Shown in pieces: positions 56,932 through 64,000 of a stretch of DNA of 64,000 nt. Where the stretch lies: NCBI GenBank assembly GCA_036557885.1, contig DATBGS010000084.1, positions 2,314 through 66,313 on the forward strand, read 5' to 3'. This DNA is from Ktedonobacterales bacterium (GTDB lineage: Bacteria > Chloroflexota > Ktedonobacteria > Ktedonobacterales > DATBGS01). Below the pieces are notes generated by a model. The model worked only from the letters and a program-made list of their open reading frames with translations, had not been told where the DNA came from and made no database searches. Numbering within the stretch: position 1 is the first letter of the stretch; the number at the start of each line of letters is the position of its first letter. The position numbers and the translations under genes were made by a program.

Positions 56932-57222
56932 CTATCTATAGATCAGGCGGCCTCGCGCGTGTTCCGCGTGGACGCCCATAATTGCATCCTGGCACGCTTC
57001 GCAGACAAATCCAGCCTCCTGCCCATCAAAGGTGCCCAGATGCTCGTGATCTTTGACACAAGCCGCAAAGTCAAAGCGTTGGCGCAGAGAGGCGAGGTCC
57101 AGGTAGCAGTCAAAGTAGACCCATTCGCGGCAATGCTCGCTCCAGGCTTGCCCGCGAAACGTCTCTTTTACACCATGCGACAGCATCTCTTGTTCCAATG
57201 CGCGCAAGTGCTCGCAGACCAT
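56932..57222 (-). CDS. small Cys/His-rich protein of unknown function inside the pentose-phosphate operon
   Basis: ORF trimmed to ATG 57222 (RBS GAGAGGAGG). 96 aa with six Cys, including CEAC. It lies 32 nt after tkt and 9 nt before rpiB. Confidence 0.55.
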   Translation of the reverse strand: MVCEHLRALEQEMLSHGVKETFRGQAWSEHCREWVYFDCYLDLASLRQRFDFAACVKDHEHLGTFDGQEAGFVCEACQDAIMGVHAEHARGRLIYR

Positions 57223-57254
57223 GCTCACGCCTCCTCTCAACACGCAGCCACTTT

Positions 57255-59300
57255 TTAGACGTGCTTGTGGTGCCCAACCAGCGCCAAAGCGCGCGCCGTG
57301 ACGTTTTCCACCGTCAGGCCGTATTTCTCCATCAGCGTTTGATACGGGGCCGAGGCGCCAAAGCGCTCAATACCCACCATATCTCCCTCCAGCCCAATGT
57401 AGCGATACCAGCTCATCGGTGAGCCAGCCTCTACCGCCAGGCGCCGGGTGACTTTGGGCGGCAGCACGCTGTCGCGGTACTCTTTGGGTTGGCGGTTGAA
57501 GATTTCCATGCTGGCGACGCTGACCACGCGCGCCTGGACGCCTTGCTCGGCCAGCTTCTTTGCCACGCCCGTAATCAGCGCCACTTCCGAGCCAGAAGCC
57601 ATCAAGATGACATCCGGCTTGCCATCGGGCGCATCCGCCAGGATATAGGCGCCTTTCTGCACGCCGCTGGCCGGAGCATAGACGCTGCGATCAAGCGTGG
57701 GCAGACCCTGGCGCGTCAGCACCAGCACCGTTGGGCCATGTTTATGTGTCAGGGCGGCGCGCCAGGCTTCCGCCGTCTCGTTGCCATCACAGGGGCGAAT
57801 CACGGTAATGCCCGGAATCGCCCGCAGCGCCGAAAGCTGCTCCACTGGCTGATGCGTTGGGCCATCCTCACCCAGCCCGATGCTATCGTGCGTGTAGACA
57901 TAGATCACGCGCTGCTCCATGATGGAGGCCAGACGGATGGGCGGGCGCATATAATCCGAGAAGATCAGGAACGTCGCGCCGTAAGGAATCAGGCCGCCAT
58001 GCAGCGCCATGCCGTTGAGCACCGCGCCCATACCGTGCTCGCGGATGCCGAAGTGCATATTGCGCCCGGCGGGCTGCGTGCCGTAATCGGCAATGCCCTT
58101 CATCAAGGTATCCGTTGAGGGCGCCAGATCAGCCGCGCCGCCAATCAGCGTGGGCAGTTTCGCGGCAATCGCGTTGATCACCTTGCCGGAGGTGACGCGC
58201 GTGGCAACGGGCGGGTCAGTTGGCTTAAAGACGGGTATCTCCGCGTCCCACCCTTCGGGCAGATCGCCGCTCATCACCTGCTTCCAGAGCGCCGCCAGAT
58301 CAGGATGCGCCGCTGCATAGGCTTCAAAGCGCTGCTGCCAGTCTTGCTGAGCCGCCTGGCCGCGTGGCACTACCTCGCGGAAATGCGCCAGCGCCTCAGC
58401 GGGCACGTAGAAGTCTTGATCGGGCCAGCCCAGATTCTGGCGTGTCAGTTTGATCTCATCCACGCCCAGCGGTGTGCCATGCGCCCCGGCGGTATCGTGC
58501 TTATTGGGGCTGCCCTCGGCAATATGCGTGCGGGCGATAATCAGGCTGGGGCGCAGCGTTTCGGCGCGGGCGTTGTTGAGCGCGTCGGCAATCTGGCTCA
58601 GGTTATTGCCATCCACGCGCTGCACATGCCAGCCATACGCCTCAAAACGATGCCCGACTTCTTCGCTAAAGGCCAGTTCGGTGTTGCCCTCGATGGTGAT
58701 ATGGTTATCATCGTAGAAAAAGATCAGCTTGCCCAGCCCCAGGTGCCCGGCTAACGACGCCGCCTCGTGCGAGACGCCCTCCATCAGATCGCCATCGCTG
58801 CAAATGCCATAGGTGTAGTGGTCCACCACCTCATGGCCGGGGCGGTTAAAGATTTCGCCCATGAACCGCTCGGCAATGGCAAAGCCCACTGCGTTGCCCA
58901 CGCCCTGCCCCAGCGGGCCAGTGGTTGTCTCCACACCGGGGGTCAGGCCATGCTCCGGGTGGCCGGGGGTCTTGCTGCCCCACTGCCGAAACTGCTGTAA
59001 CTGCTCCAGCGGTAGATCATATCCAGTCAGGTAGAGCAGGCTATAAATCAGCATCGAGGCATGCCCGCAGGAGAGCACAAAGCGGTCACGGTCAGGCCAG
59101 GTCGGGTCGGTGGGATTATGCTTCAGGAAGCGCGTCCAGAGCGTGTAGGCCACCGGAGCCAGGCCCATCGGCGTCCCTGGGTGGCCGCTGTTGGCCTTTT
59201 GCACCCCATCAACGGAGAGCATGCGAATCGTATTGATGCTCAGCGTATCAAGCGGCGTCTGCGCGGTCTGAGCGGTTGTGGTAGTTTCTGTTGTCGTCAA
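57255..59300 (-). CDS. tkt: transketolase
   Basis: [18 protein letters not shown]-like block (SDGDLMEGV), [13 protein letters not shown]. Confidence 0.95.
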   Translation of the reverse strand: MTTTETTTTAQTAQTPLDTLSINTIRMLSVDGVQKANSGHPGTPMGLAPVAYTLWTRFLKHNPTDPTWPDRDRFVLSCGHASMLIYSLLYLTGYDLPLEQLQQFRQWGSKTPGHPEHGLTPGVETTTGPLGQGVGNAVGFAIAERFMGEIFNRPGHEVVDHYTYGICSDGDLMEGVSHEAASLAGHLGLGKLIFFYDDNHITIEGNTELAFSEEVGHRFEAYGWHVQRVDGNNLSQIADALNNARAETLRPSLIIARTHIAEGSPNKHDTAGAHGTPLGVDEIKLTRQNLGWPDQDFYVPAEALAHFREVVPRGQAAQQDWQQRFEAYAAAHPDLAALWKQVMSGDLPEGWDAEIPVFKPTDPPVATRVTSGKVINAIAAKLPTLIGGAADLAPSTDTLMKGIADYGTQPAGRNMHFGIREHGMGAVLNGMALHGGLIPYGATFLIFSDYMRPPIRLASIMEQRVIYVYTHDSIGLGEDGPTHQPVEQLSALRAIPGITVIRPCDGNETAEAWRAALTHKHGPTVLVLTRQGLPTLDRSVYAPASGVQKGAYILADAPDGKPDVILMASGSEVALITGVAKKLAEQGVQARVVSVASMEIFNRQPKEYRDSVLPPKVTRRLAVEAGSPMSWYRYIGLEGDMVGIERFGASAPYQTLMEKYGLTVENVTARALALVGHHKHV

Positions 59301-59451
59301 ATGTCTTTCCTCCTGAACTGCTGCCTCTTATTCATCTCGGCTTTATGATAGACCACAACAGCACTTTCATCAAGAAGCCAAAACGCTTCAGCTTGAGGGT
59401 AGCCGCCCTCAGAGTCTCAGCAGCAAGGAAAACGTTACAGATTTCAGCCTT

Positions 59452-59498
59452 GAAAAATCGCCTGGCCGCCGCTCACGCTTGTGAGCGACAGCCAGGCG
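59452..59498 (-). terminator. Rho-independent terminator after the propeller lipoprotein gene
   Basis: Two-tier hairpin CGCCTGGC..CGCTCAC-GCTT-GTGAGCG..GCCAGGCG (59459-59498), followed on the minus strand by ATTTTTC. Confidence 0.7.
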
Positions 59499-59511
59499 AA
59501 AGGCGATACGA

Positions 59512-60696
59512 TTACTTGCTCCCTGGGCCAACCACCGTCTTCCAGGCGTTTTGCTGGTAGCGCAGAATGGCGCCGTCATCCGAAACGGCCCAGCCATCGC
59601 TGGCCGAAAGCATCACCACACTGAGTCCAGTTGCGTTCGGGTCATCTGGCCCATCCACCTGTTTCCACCGCCCACCTGTGTAGTGCAGGTAGAGCGTATG
59701 TGTGGTGGCAATTGCGCCATCGGGAGTGGCAAACGTCCCCACAGCCCAGCCGTCCTTGGGCGTACCCAGCGACAGGCTCGTGACGTTCATATCTTGCGTA
59801 AAAGTTTGGACCGCTGTCCAGGTCTTGCCATCATAATGCGCAAAGACGGTTGGCCCAGGTGCGCCCGATGAGTCTACCGCGAGCGCATTGCGCGCTCCAC
59901 CGGAATGGAGCTTATAGCCAACCGCCCAGCCATCGCTGGCGGAAACCATCGCTATCTGGCTGACGATGGTCATCCCTGGAATCGCCACCTCCGTCCAAGT
60001 GGTCCCGTCATAGTGCCAGGCCGCATTGCTGTTCTCCTCTGACTGCCCAACGATCCAGCCATCCGTTGGCGAGGTCATCACGATATGATTCAACGCCAAT
60101 GTCGCCAGAGACACCACATTCCAGGTGCCTCCTGTGTAATGCAGCAAAACGCCTTGCTGATAATAGGTCGCACCTACCGCCCAGCCTTCGCTGGCAGAAA
60201 GCATCGCCAGCCCGTTCAGTGTTACATTAGGGAGCGTCTTCTGGGGCATCCAACGGCCCCCGGTGTAGTGAAGGACCAGGCCAAAGAGGTTGTTGTGCAG
60301 ATCATGGTAGCTGCCCACAGCCCAGCCCTCCGTCGCGGAAACCATCACTACCTGGGTCAACGGGGCATCGTTCGCCTGAAATGCACCGCCAATCGCGTTG
60401 GTGATCCTGTCCCAGTGATCGCCTGCGTTGTGTAATAGCAGCGGCGACCCGCGAGTATCCCCAACCGCCCAGCCCTCGCTGGCAGAGTTCATGGAGACGC
60501 TGGACAGGGAATCGCCAAAGGCTGCGGTATAGGCGGATACCTGCGGAGGTACGTCAGTGGCGGTAGGTTGCGGCGACGTAGCAGTCGGCTGCGGGGAGGC
60601 AGTGCTGGCAGGCGCACAACCAGCCAGGAACAGCAGCATCAGCACCAGCACACCAGCCACCCATAAGACACGCGGGAAACACTTCGATAATTGCAT
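59512..60696 (-). CDS. lipoprotein with Ycf48/BNR-like beta-propeller repeats
   Basis: Lipobox LAGC. Six or more repeats of the S(A/P)(S/T)(E/D)GWAVG type. Confidence 0.7.
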   Translation of the reverse strand: MQLSKCFPRVLWVAGVLVLMLLFLAGCAPASTASPQPTATSPQPTATDVPPQVSAYTAAFGDSLSSVSMNSASEGWAVGDTRGSPLLLHNAGDHWDRITNAIGGAFQANDAPLTQVVMVSATEGWAVGSYHDLHNNLFGLVLHYTGGRWMPQKTLPNVTLNGLAMLSASEGWAVGATYYQQGVLLHYTGGTWNVVSLATLALNHIVMTSPTDGWIVGQSEENSNAAWHYDGTTWTEVAIPGMTIVSQIAMVSASDGWAVGYKLHSGGARNALAVDSSGAPGPTVFAHYDGKTWTAVQTFTQDMNVTSLSLGTPKDGWAVGTFATPDGAIATTHTLYLHYTGGRWKQVDGPDDPNATGLSVVMLSASDGWAVSDDGAILRYQQNAWKTVVGPGSK

Positions 60697-60838
60697 CGCA
60701 TCCTCCTTGTTCGGGTCATGGCTGCTTTTCCTGGCGAGCGGCTGGCACTTTCCCCGATTGCCAGCATGGACACACTATACAGCGAGCCGCCGCGTCTGGC
60801 AAGAGCAAGGCGCGGCGGCTTTTAGACAGAAGGAGGCG

Positions 60839-61513
60839 TTACTTGCAAGCTGCAAGCTGCTGGGCGATCTGAGAGAGTGGGGCTGTCTTTGCGGGGTAAA
60901 CGACCCCTTGCTCAATTGACTCCTGCTGAAGCGTGACAATCCCTTGCGCATCAATAGGAAAGGCATCGGTGACAATCAGCCATTTTTCAGTATAGTACAA
61001 TGTCTGCTGATCTGAGCCAGGAATCAAAACCAGCAAGTACCTTTGGCCCGGTGTTACCTGGGGAAAGTCAGTGTCATATTCGTATTGTCCTGCCCTCCCC
61101 CCATACAACACCAATTCGCCTGCTTTCTGGGTGCGGTGGTCCACATAAACCACCATGCGCGAGAGGTGAATAGGAGTATAGATCACATACCCCTGTCTTT
61201 GAATTGCATCAGGGTCAACTGTGGAAGGCTGGGCGTTACTTGAGTTGTTCCAGTGTCCCTGCCCCACAGCAGAGACTGTGGCATCAGTCACCAGCGTAGA
61301 CCCGCACATAAGCCGGGCGGAGGTAAAAGGGATACGCATCAACTCTTGCCGAATAATAACCGTTGCAGGCGCCGTTGCAGTGTCGTTTTCTGGGAGATCG
61401 CTTGACCGTTGTTGATCAACCTGAGCAGTGGAACATGCAGTCAAGGCTCCCAGCAGAACTAGAACCAAACTTGCGACCCAAGCATGACGATTGCGATGAT
61501 ACCTTGTGTCCAT
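60839..61513 (-). CDS. lipoprotein of unknown function
   Basis: Signal peptide with lipobox LTAC. No recognisable domain. Confidence 0.55.
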   Translation of the reverse strand: MDTRYHRNRHAWVASLVLVLLGALTACSTAQVDQQRSSDLPENDTATAPATVIIRQELMRIPFTSARLMCGSTLVTDATVSAVGQGHWNNSSNAQPSTVDPDAIQRQGYVIYTPIHLSRMVVYVDHRTQKAGELVLYGGRAGQYEYDTDFPQVTPGQRYLLVLIPGSDQQTLYYTEKWLIVTDAFPIDAQGIVTLQQESIEQGVVYPAKTAPLSQIAQQLAACK

Positions 61514-61557
61514 TAATTCCTCCTACTGTGATGAGCGATTGCGAAACGCTTGGTGAT

Positions 61558-62307
61558 CTAGCTGCTCGGCTGATTACCTGGGTAAATGTTCTCAACCGCT
61601 TGAAGGTCTTGGCTCTGGAGTTGGTAGAATGATTGTGTTCCAAACCACATGAGTGCTGTCTGATCGCCTGTATGACCGATACCAAGGATATGCCCCGACT
61701 CATGTGTCGCTACATTACGCCCATCCGCGTAGGTATTACTGCATGACCACCCAGCATCTATATTCCCATCCCAGTTCCACTGTATATATTGATTAAAGTA
61801 CGTGGAGGTGGTGGTAATAAAGGTATAGTATATCTGTGTCCAGGGCTTTCCACCTCCTGGGATGTTGTATCCAACCTCTACAGTACCGTACTTATAGTAT
61901 GTCGACGTGTCGGCTGGAACACTACAGGGCATGGTAGAGGACTTTGCAACCAACCCACTAGTACCTTGGGAGCATGGGTTACAAAAATAGATGTAGGGAT
62001 TCCAAGCTGGAGCAGCGTTCCAGGTTTGGGAGGCTGTTGTGAGACCAGGACGTAGATCAAAGCCGTTCCACAAGCTAGGGTCCTCATAGAAATACAGATT
62101 GATACTTGTATTATGAGGCTCCTTCCAGTAGAGACAAGGATGATCCTGATCCATCCCACAATACCCTGTTCCCATAAAAGTCTTAGAAAAAGGATTTAAT
62201 AGCTGAGTCCAGGCCGAAGCTGTGTGAACCGTGAAGACCAGGGACAACAGCGCCATTGAGAGCATCATTGCCCCTCTGATCAAATACCACCGAATTGATC
62301 GCTTCAT
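61558..62307 (-). CDS. secreted metzincin (matrixin-like) zinc metalloprotease
   Basis: Signal peptide ending ASA, and HESGHILGIGH (HExxHxxGxxH). The stretch is visibly AT-richer. Confidence 0.8.
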   Translation of the reverse strand: MKRSIRWYLIRGAMMLSMALLSLVFTVHTASAWTQLLNPFSKTFMGTGYCGMDQDHPCLYWKEPHNTSINLYFYEDPSLWNGFDLRPGLTTASQTWNAAPAWNPYIYFCNPCSQGTSGLVAKSSTMPCSVPADTSTYYKYGTVEVGYNIPGGGKPWTQIYYTFITTTSTYFNQYIQWNWDGNIDAGWSCSNTYADGRNVATHESGHILGIGHTGDQTALMWFGTQSFYQLQSQDLQAVENIYPGNQPSS

Positions 62308-62830
62308 TGTTGTGTTCCCTTCCTAAGAAACTGCCCTCTCTGTAGAGTATCTGTGCGCTTGTCGAGAAGTATCCAGCTTGGAGAAAGCACAGCCACTTTT
62401 AGCAGACAGGCAAGATCACAAAAACCACCAAGGGGCGCGAGGGAAACCAGATGTAAGAGCCAGGGATACAAAATGAGGGATGCGCGTCATCCACGCCGGG
62501 GAGCAGAAACCTCCTTGTCTCTCAAGATGCTGGCTCAACCTGACGTACAGACAAGAGCTTATCAGATTGCTGGCCTGAGGGAAGTATACAAAAAAAGAAG
62601 AGCTGTCAATAGATTTCTGAGTCAATTTCTCAACTTTCACAGCAAGAACAGAAAGATTGTAAAATATCAGCAAACGGGTCGTTCGTTCGGCCACAAGCTC
62701 CCCTGCTGCGCATCAAAAACAAAAAAGAACCTTGTAACGAATCTGCTCTCGTCAAGACTAATCGGTAAAGCGTCATAGATACGACGGCATCTTGTAAGAT
62801 CATCTGGTGAGCGAAGGAGCAGACAATCCC

Positions 62831-64000
62831 ATGTCCCACACAGAAATCACCCTCTATGGCACCCTCTGGTGCAGCGATTGTAAGCGCAGCAAAAAGTTTT
62901 TTGGCGAGCAGCGCGTGCATTACAAGTTTGTGGATGTGGACAGCGACAAAGACGGCCTGGCCTTTGTGGAAAAGGTCAACAACGGCAAGCGAAGTATTCC
63001 GGTCATCCTGTTCGAGGACGGCTCAACGCTGGTGGAACCCTCCAACGCGGACCTGGCAAAAAAGCTGGGCCTGCAAACCGCCGCCAAAAATCGCTTTTAC
63101 GACCTGATCGTCGTGGGCAGCGGCCCTGCCGGGCTGACCGCCTCGCTCTATGCCGCCCGCGAAGGCATCGAAACGTTGGTGATTGAGCGCGGCGGCGTGG
63201 GCGGGCAGGCCGCCATCACCGAGCGGCTGGATAACTTCCCTGGCTTCCCAGAGGGCATCACCGGCAGCGAGTTTGCAGACCGGCTGCGCCAGCAGGCCGA
63301 GCGCTTTGGCGTCGAAATCCTCTCGGCCCAGGAAGTAGAACATGTCGGCACTGATGGCATGTACCGCGTCGTGCGCACCGCCGATGGCAACGAATACCGC
63401 GCCTGGAGCGTGCTGCTGGCGGTGGGTTCCACCTATCGGCGACTGGGCATCCCCGGCGAAGAAGACTTTATCGGCGCGGGCGTGCATTTCTGCGCCACCT
63501 GCGACGGCCCGTTTTATCGCGGCAAAGACGTGCTGGTCATTGGCGGCGGCAACTCGGCGGGCGAAGAAAGCCTCTTCCTCACCAAATTTGCCAGCAAGGT
63601 CACGATTGCCACGCGCTCGCCGCAGCTTTCGGCCAGCAAGGTCGTCGTGGAGAAAGTGCAGCAGCACCCCCAAATCGAGGTGCTGCCCAACTCCCTCCCT
63701 GCCGAATTCAAGGGCAACTCCAAGCTGGAAACCGTCGTGCTGCGCGACACCCACACGGGGGAACTACGCGAAATCAAACCTGGGGGCGTGTTTGTCTTCA
63801 TCGGCCTGACGCCCAACACCGCCATTGTCAAAGACGTGGTGATGCTGGATGAGCGCGGCTTTATCGTCACGGATGGCATGCTCCAGACCAACATCCCCGG
63901 CATCTTTGCCGCCGGGGATTGCCGCGCCGACAGCACCAAACAGGCCGCTTCCGCTGCCGGAGAGGGCGCTGCCGTTGCTTTAGCAATTCGCCGCTATGTG
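62831..64000 (+). CDS. trxB: glutaredoxin/NrdH-like domain fused to thioredoxin-disulfide reductase (3' end outside window)
   Basis: This ORF is not in the supplied track because it has no stop in the window. ATG 62831 (RBS GAAGGAG) gives MSHTEITLYGTLWCSDCKRSKKFF (CxxC), then YDLIVVGSGPAGLTA, CATCDG, VIGGGNSAGEE and GIFAAGDC. Confidence 0.85.
   Translation, partial: MSHTEITLYGTLWCSDCKRSKKFFGEQRVHYKFVDVDSDKDGLAFVEKVNNGKRSIPVILFEDGSTLVEPSNADLAKKLGLQTAAKNRFYDLIVVGSGPAGLTASLYAAREGIETLVIERGGVGGQAAITERLDNFPGFPEGITGSEFADRLRQQAERFGVEILSAQEVEHVGTDGMYRVVRTADGNEYRAWSVLLAVGSTYRRLGIPGEEDFIGAGVHFCATCDGPFYRGKDVLVIGGGNSAGEESLFLTKFASKVTIATRSPQLSASKVVVEKVQQHPQIEVLPNSLPAEFKGNSKLETVVLRDTHTGELREIKPGGVFVFIGLTPNTAIVKDVVMLDERGFIVTDGMLQTNIPGIFAAGDCRADSTKQAASAAGEGAAVALAIRRYV

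Noticed and set aside
62353-62778. 141-codon plus-strand ORF in the gap before the TrxR fusion
   Set aside because: It is a very basic, low-complexity translation with no RBS and an AT-richer non-coding look. It is retained only as an unexplained intergenic region.

Overview
This is a 64-kb high-GC bacterial chromosomal segment, densely coding on both strands with about 60 protein genes. I saw no rRNA, tRNA or CRISPR array. TTG/GTG starts, lipobox lipoproteins, Pro-rich zinc-ribbon membrane proteins and IS200/IS605 TnpB copies suggest a Chloroflexota (Ktedonobacteria-like) or similar genome; that is inference only.

Main blocks, left to right:
1. Peptide-binding lipoprotein, then kamD-kamE-kce (lysine 5,6-aminomutase plus 3-keto-5-aminohexanoate cleavage enzyme).
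2. NUDIX, hydrolase, murI and an RHH/MazF toxin-antitoxin pair.
3. One ORF fusing a SpeH-type AdoMet decarboxylase to a deoxyhypusine-synthase-like domain. It is divergent from a HEAT-repeat gene across a 645-bp AT-richer leader.
4. A TnpB-only IS200/IS605-like element that carries an RHH gene where tnpA would be; its tnpB is frameshifted.
5. An ECF sigma / anti-sigma pair.
6. A clear SAM-I riboswitch plus terminator ahead of mtnA-HD-PfkB-GNAT, followed by ahcY and metK.
7. Envelope genes: lepB, an NDP-sugar pyrophosphorylase, a PATAN protein and a WecA-like transferase.
8. A low-GC orphan gene with tandem GIY-YIG-like modules.
9. ArsR/MFS, comF, and an ABC-2 exporter abutting a decayed tnpA with an intact divergent tnpB.
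10. A pentose-phosphate operon tkt-orf-rpiB-tal-gnd-zwf-opcA.
11. Secreted propeller, lipoprotein and matrixin genes, and a Grx-like/TrxR fusion running off the right edge.

The candidates most worth follow-up are the SpeH-DHS fusion locus, the RHH-carrying TnpB element and the SAM-riboswitch operon with non-canonical partners. All functional calls come from motif recall on the translated ORFs; no database search was possible.
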